From NCBI GenBank assembly GCA_964016885.1, contig OZ024742.1:157852001-157916000 (forward strand): 64,000 bases of DNA, written 5' to 3'. The translations under genes and the position numbers were made by a program. The notes under the pieces were generated by a model that made no database searches, had not been told where the DNA came from, and saw only the letters and a program-made list of their open reading frames with translations. This DNA comes from Eledone cirrhosa (taxonomy: Eukaryota). Shown here piece after piece: positions 12,657 to 26,733 of this stretch. Each line of letters begins with the position of its first letter. The stretch's first letter is position 1.

Positions 12657-12660
<4 letters not shown>
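12392..12660 (+). mobile_element. Solo pLTR fragment of the 55-58 kb Naiad-like family, preceded by a short inverted tail (12364-12389)
   Basis: Reverse complement of 55120-55305, plus an extension also seen at 35875-35960. Confidence 0.85.
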
Positions 12661-12724
<64 letters not shown>

Positions 12725-12829
12725 CGAGTGTAACGTGCATTTACTGTAGGTTCACCCGAGTGATCACTCTATGCGTAGATTCCCCTCTGTAAAGAGGTGT
12801 ACAACTAAGCAGAGTGTAAATTATGAAAA

Positions 12830-13040
12830 GACGATTTGTTATGTCTTCATTACCTTTATTTAGTAGTGACGCACGTTTCGCTATTGGTCAGCTCAAGGTT
12901 CTGTCATTACCAGAGCAGAGGTCCGACGAGCTTTTGATTCCAGCGACAGGCCAGATCGATACAGATCTAACCTTGAGCTGATCAATAGCGAAACGCGCGT
13001 CACTACTCAATAAATGTAATGAAGACATAACAATTCGTCC
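12830..13040. repeat. Foldback unit, arms about 71 bp, with truncated HHR and AATAAA pointing outward
   Basis: 12830-12900 is the reverse complement of 12969-13040; tgagct(gatcaat)agcGAAACgcgcGTC...aataaa. Confidence 0.9.
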
Positions 13041-13063
13041 TCAAATATATATATATATATATA

Positions 13064-13106
<43 letters not shown>

Positions 13107-14681
13107 ATGCGTGTGTGTGTGCGTGTGTGCGTGTGCGTGTGTGTGAGTGTGTGTATCTGTGTACGTGTGTCTATGTAGGTCTGTGCATGTATATATATAT
13201 ATATAGAGAGAGAGAGATACATACACAGGTAAATAATTAGATTGATAGATAGGTAGAATCATCCATAAATGACTAGGTAAGTTAAAATGAACTATATCTC
13301 CTTCACATAAGTAATGTCGTTTGTTGGCCCTGATTTTGCATATATTATCTTAGTCCTTATCATTTCTCTTTCTTGTGCGTATCTGCCACTATGTTATTTA
13401 ATGCCTTCTTTTTTGGTATTTTAGAAACCTATGTTCCTGTCTCTAATATACCGGACACGAATTAGATATGTGCACCCTTTGAATCTCTAGGACGGTTATA
13501 GTGCACACATATGTATATATATGATCACAATACAAATATTTCCAATATTCGGTATCTTGTTATTTGGTCAGCAGTCTAGTAATTTTGCGCTTGTTAGTGT
13601 GTTACATATCCCAGTTAGCCGATTGTTTAAGGAGCTCGCTTAATGACCATTATGTCTCGAGTTCGGTGAACCATATATTGTGGATAAAATTATGTGGACG
13701 GAAAACTGTTTGGAGCACTCATCTTCAAAACCGAAGAAAGTGCATTCAATTCCACGTATACTACTAAATTAGGGACGTTTATACAGATGGGGTAGGCAAC
13801 TTGGACTTAGGAATACGTTACAAGTCTACTATTATAATCCTCCTTTGTATTTATATACAATATGTTTATAGTGACGAAACATAATTTGCATGGTATTAGG
13901 ATACTTTGTGGCTGATTTTGTTGCTTAACCCCAGATAAATCATAATTATTTAGATCTATTATCAAATGAATTCTAATAATGACAATCCCTCGTGTTATTA
14001 TGAGCTCTCCAAGAGGGTAGAATATTATATGTCGAAGATCCGTCTTTTATATTTTCGAGATTATTGGACGTCTAATAGTATATTATTCTGAAGATATAGT
14101 GGAGTTCTAGTTGTGGTACAATGCATGGAGTTGATACAACGTGTAAATGTCAGGGTGACTTGTGGACTATAAGAGTAATAAGAGGTAGCTTTCATTTTCC
14201 AGTAATATATATTTTAGAAAATAATCCTCATATACGAGGTATGCTGGAAAGTTCATCAGCTTATTATGACGACGGATTGATGCTTGACCTGTGAAATCTT
14301 TCATGCATTAAGTTCAACTTCATTGTTTCTTCCCGGGGTCTATATTGAAAAATAAACCTTTTGATAATTCCATGACAGTATCTTGTTCAGTCTACGAAAT
14401 GTTCACGAGGAAGCTCATATGTATGCGTAGGTTTCAGTAAAATGTGCTTGTTGTCGAGACATGTCTGACATAAAACATGAGAGATATAATATATATTTTC
14501 AAAACTCTAGCTATTTCTTTATTTGCCAAATTTGATGTGTTTGTGTATTTTTGTGAATTATTATATTGTTGAAATAACCCACATCAGGCATTTAGACATT
14601 CAATTGAATAAATAGTTGTCAGAGAGAAAATATACTAGAACAACTAAAATTGTTCATATTAAGTTTTAACAAAATAAAATC

Positions 14682-14717
<36 letters not shown>

Positions 14718-15604
14718 ATATATAAGAACAAAAGATGGTTAAAAGAGTTTCATGTATTTTATTATGCGCATTTCAACCATCTTTTGTTCTTATATATTAT
14801 GTATACTCCAGTCCTACAAATTGTAGAGTGCTTTATTGTACTACAATAAAACTCACCTCGTACATATATATATATATATAAAAGAAAGGTATAGAAAATA
14901 CATTCATGCATACATATATATATATACACATATATATATATATGTATGTATGCATGAATGTTTCTAAGTATGTATGTTAAGTATATATATATATGCATAC
15001 ATATTTATACGTATAGACACACACGTATATATATACATGTATATCTATATATCTATACTTACACGCATGTGCGTATATAGATATATATGTGTGTGAGTGT
15101 GTGTATGTGTGTGTGTATTTGTGCGTGTGCGTGTGTGTGTGTGCTTGTTTATGTAAACCCGATTGTGTTGTGCGTGTTTGATTGTGAATGTAAGTACGTA
15201 TGTATTTATGTATGTACACGTAAGTTTAAAGCAATATGGGAAAAACAATAATAGATTTGAAACGAAACGAAAAGGATGACGAAGTAACACGATGTCACAG
15301 CACAAAACTGTTCACATTCTACTTTTTACTTATGTTCTAATGCTAAATAGTATAGTAACCTAAAGAGAGTGAGATAGAGAGAGAGGGAGGGGGGAGAGAG
15401 AGGGAGAGAGAGAGAGAGAGGTGTAGGTATAGAGATGGGTAGATAGCTGGGAAATGGTTGGATAGGTGTGTAGGTGTGGCAATGCATCGTATGTTCAAGT
15501 TATAAATATAAGGTATACACGCACGAACATGCATCTATGAATACCCACACAAACATACATACGCACCTTCAGGCATATCACCTCCATGCGTATATACTCC
15601 AACC

Positions 15605-15694
<90 letters not shown>

Positions 15695-15699
15695 TTGCA

Positions 15700-17150
15700 T
15701 ATGTATGTAAAAGGTAAACAGAAATAACAACACAATCAGTAGTGTATATGGAAGGGATATATTATAGTAACGCTTGATATAGCAGGAAGAGGGTCTTACG
15801 TTTCGGACGCTAGTCCTTCGTCAGAAGAAAGAATGAGAAATAAGATAGATTGACGGGACGGGCTGGATTGAATTGGAAAAAATGTCTTTAGATGAAAATA
15901 ACAGGTCCATTCATGTGGACATCTCTTGCAAAACTGTTGGTGCTGGCGTTTTGTGTATGATTTATTTTTTAGAAAAGTGGCTGACTGTGCGCGTCTACCT
16001 GAAATGGAAAAAGAGCTATACTTGTGCACGTGCGTAAGCATGTGTATTTGTGTGTGTGTGTGTGTGTTTTTTATAATACGTCCGTACGAAGCTAAGAAGA
16101 AAAGTGTGTGTATATGTGAGTAAAAGCGTGTGTGTGCATGTAAGTACGAAGCTATGAGCAAAAGTATGTCCCTCAAATGTTCGGCAAAACTGTCCGCCAT
16201 ACGGCGTCCCGTTTGTCCGATATATAAAAACCGTCAAAGAGAACACCAGGGGGCATAGACAACGTGGGTGGATGTGCAGATGAAGGAATGGTGGATACGG
16301 AAAAACCCGTTAGGGCCTGTAAGAGTGGTGAACGTTTAAATAAAGGGACAAGTGTTGCAGCGGGATGAGAGCCGGGTGGAGTCGTGGGAGAGGACGAAAA
16401 GGGTGGGTTTGGAAAAAAGTGAGAAGTAACAGTGTCAGAAGAGTTGATATGGAAGAAACGGAGGATATGTGGTCGGAGTGGTAGGGGATGGGGTGGTAGG
16501 TGAGAGGGAAAGGAACACGGGTGTTGGGAGGGCGGGGGTTGAGGTGAGAGGGTTGTGATGCGGTCCGTTTCACGGGCGTCGGTGAGAGCAGCTTGGATCA
16601 GCGTGGGGGGATATCCACGCTGGATGAAGCAGGAAGCCATGCGAAGGGAATGGGTTTCGAAGTCGTCGTCCTGGCTACAGAGTCGACGAAGACGGAATAA
16701 TTGGGAATAGGGTATGGAGTGTTTGGTGTGGGTTGGATGGGAGGAGGTGAAGTCGGGGTAAGAATGGGAGTCTGTTGGTTTAATGAAGATGGAAGGAGAG
16801 AGGGTGTGGTGAGAGTGATTAATAGATAGAGAGATATCTAGAAAAGCGACAGAAGAATCGGAGACGGAGGTGGTGAAATTGAGGGAAGGATGGAAAGATT
16901 GGACAAAAGAAAGAAAACAGTCGAGCTGTCCTCGTGATAGAGAGGTGGCGCCGATACAGTCGTCGATATAACGACCGTATAGATCAGCAGTAGGTCGAGA
17001 GTACTAGTAGAAGATCTGGGCTTCGACGAAGTCAACAAACATGTTGGCATAGTTTGGACCCATCCTGGTTCCTATCGCTACCCCAGAGACCTGTTGATAA
17101 AATTCAACCGAAAAATAAAATCCATTGAGGGTGAGAACAAGTTCAGCAAG
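15700..17150 (-). mobile_element. Penelope-like element 3 (Neptune-type), decayed and 5'-truncated
   Basis: FYQQVSGVAIGTRMGPNYANMFV, RYIDD, KPTDSH...SSHP...SIPYSQ..RLRRLCS, QRGYP, YIGQTGRRMADSFAEHLRDI; HHR downstream. Confidence 0.88.
15794..15828 (-). ncRNA. Minimal hammerhead motif of PLE 3
   Basis: tctt-CTGACGA-a-ggac(tagc)gtcc-GAAAC-GTA-aga; loopless palindromic helix III. Confidence 0.72.
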
Positions 17151-17330
17151 AAGAGAGAGAGAGAGAGAGAGTGTGTGTGTGAGAGAGAGAGAGAGAAAAA
17201 GAGAGACAGACAGAGAGAGAGAGAGAGATGTAAAATGCCACCGCGGCGCCAAGTCTGTTCGGCTTGTGTATGATTAGTGGCACCACAGACTCTCTTTCTC
17301 TCTCTCTCTCTGTTATACACACACGCATAT

Positions 17331-17372
<42 letters not shown>

Positions 17373-17496
17373 ACACATATATATATATATAAATGAAGCA
17401 ATTCCATCGGAAAAGTCCAGGAAAAAAGAGTGCTCTATGTAGGCAACAGAGCTTAATTATTATTATTATGTAATAAACAACATAAGGTAATTATTC

Positions 17497-17550
17497 CATT
17501 TACCAGTGGTTTCTTAAAAGCAAAAGGTTTTGCTTTCAATCCTCAGAATG
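17497..17550 (-). ncRNA. Type I hammerhead ribozyme motif
   Basis: Mirror of 18673-18726. Confidence 0.8.
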
Positions 17551-17700
17551 AAAAAATCCTGGTTTGTTTATTGAATTTGGATTACAAAAACAAAAATGCA
17601 ATCTATATGAAAGTGAGGCTGGAGAAGGGAGAAGGAAAGGAAAAATAAAATAAAACTACACATGCAAACACACACACAAAAAAAAAACAAAAGCATACTT

Positions 17701-17738
<38 letters not shown>

Positions 17739-17833
17739 GTACGCATACATATATACCTATACACATATATATAAAACGTACACTTACATACACATACACA
17801 TATATACACACATATACACATACATACATTAAT

Positions 17834-17874
<41 letters not shown>

Positions 17875-18480
17875 TACACACACACATATATATATATATG
17901 TACATATATATATATATGTACATATATATATATATATGTACATATATATATATATATATATATACATATACACACATACACATACACACACATACACATG
18001 TGTGTGTACAAGCATACACATACACAAACATAGCCATACACACACACACACATATATATACACATACATACATTCACACAAACATACAAAACGTACATAC
18101 ATACACATACATGAATGCACTCCTCTACATGCGTGTGTGAATATGTAGAGGAGTGCATTCATGTATGTGTATGTACGTTTTGTATGTTTGTGTGAATGTA
18201 TGTATGTGTATATATATGTGTGTGTGTATGGCTATGTTTGTGTATGTGTATGCTTGTACACACACATGTGTATGTGTGTGTATGTGTATGTGTGTATATG
18301 TATATATATATATATATGTACATATATATATATGTGCGTGTGTATGCGTGTGTGTGTGTATGTGTGTGTGTGTGTGTGTATATGTATTAATGTATGTATG
18401 TGTATATGTGTGTATATATGTGTATGTGTATGTAAGTGTACGTTTTATATATATGTGTATATGTATATATGTATGCGTAC

Positions 18481-18518
<38 letters not shown>

Positions 18519-18672
18519 GTGTGTAAGTATGCTTTTGGGTTTTTGTGTGTGTGTGTTTGCATGTGTAGTTTTATTTTATTTTTCCTTTCCTACTCCCTTC
18601 TCAGCCTCACTTTCATATAGATTGGATTTTTGTTTTTGTAATCCAAATTCAACAAACAAACCAGGATTTTTT

Positions 18673-18726
18673 CATTCTGAGGATTGAAAGCAAAACCTTT
18701 TGCTTTTAAGAAACCACTGGTAAATG
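18673..18726 (+). ncRNA. Type I hammerhead ribozyme motif
   Basis: catt-CTGAGGA-ttgaaagcaaa(acct)tttgcttttaa-GAAACC-act-GGTA-aatg; all three helices pair, GUA site. Confidence 0.82.
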
Positions 18727-18764
18727 GAATAATTGCCTTATGTTGTTTATTACATAATAATAAT

Positions 18765-18814
<50 letters not shown>

Positions 18815-18961
18815 CATACCACATTCTGTGTGTGTCTGAAATATTCCTATGCTTGTTTAATCTTGTTTATAAATTCGTGTAACGAATGTGAAAAGTCATT
18901 TCTTACAAATCTTACATATATGTGGTCCTTTACATGTATATATTATATATATATATATATA

Positions 18962-19858
18962 GTTTCAGAATTTGTTTAGCAAGATTATTTATCTGAAAAC
19001 GTGTGTTGAAACCGATATTGTTATACTCTGGGAGGGTCATGTTGCCAATGAGAAACACACGCACCAGTTGCCTTCACATCAATTTATTATAATAAATTTA
19101 TAAATTTCTGAATGGTTGGTTGGTTTCACAACCAGATGATTGTTTATATATTGTCAAAGTTCTTTCGTCACACATTATGTGACCTCTTAAGTGACTGGGG
19201 ATTCTTTCCTTTGTTTTGTGCTTCTCCTTTGTTCTGTCCTACGCCCTCTTCTTTTTGTGTGTGTGTGTGTTGTGTGTGTGTTTGCGCATGTGTTACATCC
19301 GGGTGTCTGTGTGTGTTTATATTCGTTTATTTACATGTTACTGGTTGGTTGTTTGTTCTATGTGTGTGTGTGTTTTCATTTTGTCCTTAATTGTAAGTTG
19401 TGATGTTGCTGTTCTACTCATGTTTTATATTTAATTTTGGTTGGAATTCATTTATGTTTATTGCCTCACAACTTACAATTAAGGACAAAATGAAAACACA
19501 CACGCACATAGAACAAACAACCAACCAGTAACATGTAAATAAACAGATAAATAAACGAATATAAACACACACACACACCCGGATGTAACACATGCGCAAA
19601 CTAAGCACACAACACACACACAAAAACAAGATGACGTAGGACAGAACAAAGGAGAGGCACAAAAACAAAGAAAAGAATCCCCAGTCACTGAAGAGGTCAC
19701 AGAATGACAATATATAAACAATCATCTGGTTGTGGAACCAACCAACCAGAAATTTATAAATTCCTAAATATATAAATTTATTATAATAAATTGAAGTGAA
19801 AGCAACTGGTGCGTGTGTTTCTTATTGGCAACATGACCCTCCCAAAGTATAACAATAT
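18962..19858. mobile_element. ORF-less inverted pLTR pair of the 59-63 kb PLE family
   Basis: Left arm is an antisense pLTR plus the last codons (EAINI...NITTYN); right arm is a sense pLTR; junction at about 19467; HHRs mutated or deleted. Confidence 0.9.
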
Positions 19859-19864
19859 ATATAT

Positions 19865-19905
<41 letters not shown>

Positions 19906-20024
19906 ATGAGAGAGAGGGGGGTGGAGAAGTTGAAGCTGGAAATACCACGGAACATATATTTAAAGGTCTGTTTTTCCTTTTTGATTCGTCAAAGTGACAT
20001 TATTGAAAAGATAACATTATTGAA

Positions 20025-20085
20025 AAAAGTACCAGTAATGCACTGGGTATTTGCTGGCCTTGTGCCTAAAGTAGAAACAATTATT
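20025..20085 (+). mobile_element. SINE 3' fragment
   Basis: aagtaccagtaatgcactgg...ggccttgtgcctaaagtagaaacaattatt. Confidence 0.75.
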
Positions 20086-20307
20086 GAAAAAATGAGAGGG
20101 ACAATTCTTTTTAAAGAATACATATATTTATATATATATTTGCGTGTGTGAACATATATATATATACATGGCTACGTCATACGTCTTACACTGGACATTC
20201 TCGTGACTTGTCTGATGATTGTAAGGGTGCACAGGCGAAACTCTGGTGTAGCAAGATATATCCCTTAACCACATTAAAAAGTACTTATGTATATACAGAT
20301 ACATTCT

Positions 20308-20340
<33 letters not shown>

Positions 20341-21162
20341 ATGTGTGTGTGTACGTGTGTGTGTGTGTGTGTGCGTACATGTGTGGTTGTTTGAATAAAT
20401 GCATACGTTCTCACACACACATATACACACACACATATATATATATATATAAACACACACAGATCTGTCATTATGTTATTAGCCTTCTGCACAATAAATA
20501 CAAATATGTGGCTGTCGTGTTTAACATCAGTGACTAGGTTGCAGAGGCGGGCGCTGTGTTGGGTTTGTTATTTCATTCATAATTTCTACTGGGGAGAAAG
20601 ATAAGTTCAGATTCTGATTTTTGTATACGAATGACTTCTGATATTACTTAAGCCCAGGATCATCCTGATATGTAGAAATAACTGTTACTTTGATATTCCT
20701 TATTGAGCAGCCGTGTTGATTCGTAGCATGTTAGTATAACCCTGAATGATATTTCAAGCCTTTGAGATCCCACCAGTACTTATTTATCTTCGCACATATT
20801 CTGAGGATTTTATTTACTTATGAAAGTTGTACAAGCTTCAGATATTAGCCCTATTTACTCAACGTATCTAGATATGCAGTTAATATATGGATTTACTTTG
20901 CAGACAATGCAATTGAGAGACTTGATTTTTCAACCTTTTTAAATAAACATTCCATATTGACTAAATATATACATCAGATTGCAGATATCGTTTGCTTCAG
21001 CAAACAACCAAACATTGCATTCCGGAAATTTCTGCTCCCATACAAAAGCTTATTCTGTTTAGTTGCTTTCTCATCTTGCCGGTTTCTATCACTGATGATA
21101 TATTATGTGTGTATATATATTATGATATATTATGTGTGTATATATATATATATGTATATATA

Positions 21163-21990
21163 TTTTCATTCATTTATATTATTATTTGTCTGGCCCGAAT
21201 TTTCCTGGTCATTTTTTTCGGCTTTGCGAGTGATTTTAAGCATTGTCTCCATGTGTTGGTATTTAAACGATAGTTATAGCTCTGGTTTATCCAAACTATT
21301 GAGCCCTTTGCCACGCATATCGAAGATTGTGTTTCGTTATTTGGTGGGCCGAAATTCCGATTCTCGATAATTTATTTGTATTTATCTCCAGTCTTTAGTT
21401 ATTGACCAGTTAATTTTATTGATTTTTTAGTTGATCTTATTGACTGATGAATAGCTCATGTTAATTTTAACCCATCTGTTGAGAACTCTAATTCGATATG
21501 TGATATTTTGTATTTTTACAAATATATACACTGCCGAATTCATTCGCCTAATATAGGGGTTCCCTCCCTTGCTAAACCCCACGTGGATTTAGTAACGGTT
21601 TCTTCTGTATATTCGAACGAAATGCCTGTTGAGAAAGTGGTTTTCCTCGTTCATCTTTCTGCCAGAAGCCGAATATCTTTTATGTAAGCTGACGGTAACT
21701 GATTTAGGAACTGCAGAAACCAAAAAGCTGGAATTTACCATCATTCTAGCAGGTCCAGGTAAAGATTTTTCATTCATTTATATTATTATTTGTCTGACCC
21801 GAATCTTCCTGGTCGTTTTTTTCGGCTATGCGAGTGATTTTAAGCATTGTCTCCGTGTGTTGGTATTTAAACGATAGTTATGGCTCTGGTTTATCCAAAC
21901 TATTGAGACCTTAGCCACGTATTTCGAAGATTGTGTTTCTTTATTTCGTGGGCCGAAATTCCGATCGATTCTCGATAATTTATTTGTATT
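21163..21990 (-). repeat. About 220 bp direct repeats (21163-21385 and 21768-21990), possibly the pLTR pair of an old PLE
   Basis: The two copies align along their whole length; spacer about 380 bp; orientation inferred. Confidence 0.7.
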
Positions 21991-21995
21991 TATAT

Positions 21996-22109
<114 letters not shown>

Positions 22110-22432
22110 TATATACTCCTATTACCCACTCTACTACCCTAAGTACTGAGTACTTTGGTGCGTTATGGTCCACCTGGTTCCTTACCACTTTTCCCTCGCT
22201 ATATATATATATATATATATATAAGTATGTATACATACATACATATATGTATACAGACGTACAGTAGTATGTATATATATACATACATGCACACATATAT
22301 ATATATATGTACGTATGGATTCACCGAACATTTATTATAATGCTCGGTGGGTTTGTAAACTAACATCCCGAATGAAGCCGTACAGTGTTTAGCAACCATC
22401 GTTGTCCTTTTTTGTTCAACACTGACAAAGGA

Positions 22433-22475
22433 ACGGTGTACTAGTTTCAAGCTTATTAGCTATCGTCAGCCCCGT
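22433..22475 (-). ncRNA. Minimal hammerhead motif
   Basis: acgggg-CTGACGA-t-agct(aata)agct-t-GAAAC-ta-GTA-caccgt. Confidence 0.75.
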
Positions 22476-22603
22476 ATACGTTCCTGCTAGATGATTGAAC
22501 GTCTGAAAGTATATACTTTCCTTATGCATATTAACGCTCAGCCGTTAATATGCATAAGGAAAGCATATACTTTCAGACGTTCAAACATCTGGCAGGAAGG
22601 TAT

Positions 22604-22646
22604 ACGGCGCTGACGATAGCTAATTAGCTTGAAACTAGTACATGGT
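22604..22646 (+). ncRNA. Minimal hammerhead motif (helix I eroded)
   Basis: CTGACGA-tagctaattagctt-GAAAC-ta-GTA. Confidence 0.62.
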
Positions 22647-22796
22647 TCCTTTCTCAGTGTTGAATAAAAAGGGCAACGATGGTTGCTAAACACTGTACGG
22701 CTTCATTCGGGATGTTAGTTTACAAACCCACTGAGCATTATAACAAATCTTCGGTGAATCAATACTTACATATATATATATATGTATGCACGTATG

Positions 22797-23063
22797 TATC
22801 ATCATCATCATCATCCTCATCATCATTTTACGTCCGCTTTTCCCTGCTTGCAAGGGTGGGACGGGTCTTATTCAGCACAGCATCTCTCCGCTCGTCACGG
22901 TCCCTCGTCATCTCCGCCGTGAGCTTCAATGATCTGAGGTCTGTTCTCACCACCTCCGCCCATGTTTTTCGTGGTCTACCTCTACCACGTCTTCCTTCAA
23001 CTGGCATTTCCTGGCACTTCTTCACCCATCGGTAATCCTCCATGCGCATCACATGTCCATACC
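22797..23063 (-). mobile_element. RTE-clade LINE 3' fragment with (GAT)n tail
   Basis: WYGHVMRM...VKKC...EGRRGRGRPRKTW..VV..DL; (atc)n at 22798-22826. Confidence 0.88.
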
Positions 23064-24192
23064 ATATATATATATACATACTACTGTACGTATGTATACA
23101 TATATGTATGTCCGTATACATACTTATATTTAAGTAACAGCCGTACTAAGAGTGAGAAATTAAATTTAGTTTCATTTTTTCCGTTTATATATATATATAT
23201 ACACATACATAATGCATACACACATACGTATATATCTATATTTATATGACATACCTCATTTGTGTTTGAAATGTTCCAATGTTTGTTTAATCTTGTCGTT
23301 TATAAATTAGTGTAGCGAATGTGAACAATTATTTCTTACGAATCTTACATATTTGTGTTTCTTTATTTTTGGTTTATATACACTTTCAATCAAATTACTG
23401 CTACACCACACCGCAATTATCTAAGCAGATAACCGAAATGATCTTATTGATTAGTGTAAAATTAACAGAAATAATAGAAGAGAAAAATTCTACTGAAATG
23501 TTTTCAGGTTGTTAAATAGTTATTATGTCGTTTGAAATGTCTAGCTTTCTCTAATGTGAATTTGTATAAATTTGGTTAATAATGGACTCTGGAGGAAAAG
23601 ATGTTGTATGCGTATTGCAAATTACCAAACTAGAAATCGCTGACTTGTAAAAATGTTAACGAATATAAATATAATGACAACAAGATCATAAATTTCTAGA
23701 GAGAGTTAATGGTAGAGTCAATCAATTATACCGTTCGGTTGAATCCATTAGTTGATCAAGGCGATTAGTGCTTCTTTCCGTATAATATAGATTTGAGCAT
23801 CTTAAATACATCCCCTGCCTTAAATTCGCCTTTTTTGACGTACATATAAGTCAGGTCTGGACGAAAGTCTACGAATACCTTATAGATTTAATATATATAT
23901 ATATATATATGAAAAGAGGGAGAAAAAGACGATTATTAGGAAGAACATTTTTTTTTCTCTTTTTATTTCTTTCACTCTGTTTTCTGGGTTAGAAAATGAT
24001 TAAAACGAAATATTTTACTTTGTGTGAAGTGTTAAGGTATTAGTTGATTTATTTATTAATTAACAATGGCATTTATTTATTTATTTATATATTTCATAAT
24101 TGTCTATTACCGGTTTGAGCATTTTTATGCATTATCAAATGATAATGATATGTATTGGTGTAGAATTTTAGTTTTCAAAGTTATTATTATTA

Positions 24193-24235
<43 letters not shown>

Positions 24236-24431
24236 GATAAATCTACCAAGAGTTTACGGTAGTGTCCAATCCGTATGAAGAACTCAATGTAATCCGGATA
24301 TCATGGAAAGAAGAGATGCAATGAAAAATCACCTTCGGTGAAAGATAAACGAAAAACAGAGTCAAGATAAAATATTAAAAAAATAATGAATAAAACAATG
24401 AAACAGTTCCTTATATTAAACAAAAAAAGTT

Positions 24432-24582
24432 CATCATTTAACGATCGTTTCTAGGATATATATGTGTTAGAATTGGCATGCATATTCAACAGATCTATGT
24501 ACAAAATTATACAAAATTATACAAACTATCAAAATTAAATATACATACCAAACACATATATATGCCGTCTTCAGAAATAATG
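24432..24582 (-). ncRNA. Hammerhead motif with about 116 nt helix II
   Basis: cattattt-CTGAAGA-[long hairpin]-GAAAC-gatc-GTT-aaatgatg. Confidence 0.72.
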
Positions 24583-25212
24583 AAATATATTAATTGATAA
24601 TAACAACAATTCAAAATTACAGGTCTGTTTGGGAACAGAGTTCAAATTGACCAATGAAAATACAAAAAGTTTATACAGTTAGGTGTGTGTATATATGCAT
24701 ATAAGTAACTTCGTTCACAGATATGCATAAAGATATGTTCACATGCATACGCTTGCCAAAAAGATGTATGTAAATACAAAAATTCAAGGCTAATGTCTCT
24801 GTATGTTTATAATCTGCAGATAAAATACGTACACACATATATAAATATAAAATAAATATATACACACATTCATATACTCACACATATACGTACATTCACA
24901 CACACACGCGCGTATACGCATACACATACACACAACCACGAACAAACATACACACATACACCCCCAACACATATATATGTGTGTATATACTATTATCATA
25001 AGCATATGGATATTAATGCGCGCACATAAACACTGCCACACACATTTAGATCCAGATACAGAAAGTAGGTGGGGGAGGGAGAGGTCAGTATTCACCGGTG
25101 TCAGCAGACTGCCTATTTATAAATGTATCTATAAACTTAGAAATAAAAAGAAAAGAAAAAGAAAAAAGAAATATATCAAGAAAATATATATATATAATAT
25201 ATACATACACAC

Positions 25213-25243
<31 letters not shown>

Positions 25244-25569
25244 TATATATACATACACACATATATAAACAAGTAAAATATAAAATATACATCGATATAC
25301 ATACATATACATATATATATATATATATATATACACATACATACATATACATACATATACATACACATATACACAAACACATACATACACATACATATAC
25401 ATACACACACCATATAAATACACATATACATACACACATGCATACATATAGAGACGCATACATATACACATATAAATACATAGACATATACACATATACA
25501 CACATATATATATATATATATATACACATATACGCATACATATACATACACATACATTCACAACACACG

Positions 25570-25646
<77 letters not shown>

Positions 25647-25702
25647 CTACACACAAATATAAACACACTCATGTATATACACACATACACATACATACCC
25701 AC

Positions 25703-25773
<71 letters not shown>

Positions 25774-25917
25774 TACACATATACATATATATATATATAC
25801 ATACATATATATATACATACATACACACACATATACATATATATAGACACATACATACACACACATACGCATACATATATATAAAGATATATATACACAC
25901 ACACACACACATAATAA

Positions 25918-25968
<51 letters not shown>

Positions 25969-26250
25969 CACACATACATATATATACACACATACATACA
26001 CACACATACCTACTCATACATAGACATACATATATACCCACACACACATACACACATACATATACGCATATATACACATACATACACATCCATGTAAGCG
26101 TATATACATACAAACACCACCACACGCTCACACAACTCAGACATACATAAATAAAGGGATATACATACACATATATACATATATAAATAGAGATACATAT
26201 ATATAAATATAAATATATACACACGTACACACACAAAAACACACATACAT

Positions 26251-26564
26251 ACTTCTATTTGAAGAGGTTTAAGCTGGCAGTTAAGCCTGCCAGCTTAAAC
26301 CTCTTCAAATGGAAGTCGGTGTTATAACGGTATGTCGAATCTATTTATCTATAAAATTGTTTATATTGTATTTTGTCTGAGGAAGGCATAGCATATTGTT
26401 AATATGATATCCCCGAAATATATATAATGAAATAAATATGGTTTTATAAATATAGTTTCCATTTATTTAATATTGTAAATATACTCCAAATATTTGTCGA
26501 GTGCTTTTATATCAGTTATAAATATTTACTAGTTGTAACCCAACAATTTTAAATATAACTTTCC

Positions 26565-26565
<1 letters not shown>
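26251..26565 (+). mobile_element. pLTR-like fragment with a 30 bp-arm 5' hairpin and HHR-like motif, nested at the palindrome centre
   Basis: Hairpin 26251-26316; CTGAGGA...GAAA at 26377-26418; second copy at 54872-55097. Confidence 0.7.
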
Positions 26566-26596
<31 letters not shown>

Positions 26597-26652
26597 GTGG
26601 GTATGTATGTGTATGTGTGTATATACATGAGTGTGTTTATATTTGTGTGTAG

Positions 26653-26733
<81 letters not shown>

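Larger units (their letters stand above)
17455..18770. repeat. About 1.3 kb non-coding palindrome (12 bp spacer at 18131-18142) with a hammerhead near each outer end
   Basis: Unique outer arms 17468-17700 and 18520-18755 are reverse complements; the inner (GTAT)-type tracts mirror as well. Confidence 0.93.
22222..23128. repeat. Palindrome centred at about 22540 with paired hammerheads; right arm interrupted by an RTE fragment
   Basis: 22300-22536 is the reverse complement of 22543-22795; mirror resumes at 23065-23128. Confidence 0.92.

Noticed and set aside
14230-14420. TACGAGG mariner-like TIR start
   Set aside because: No matching opposite TIR or transposase remnant seen
20540-21100. Possible decayed RT on the minus strand
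   Set aside because: Motif resemblance is too weak to support by eye
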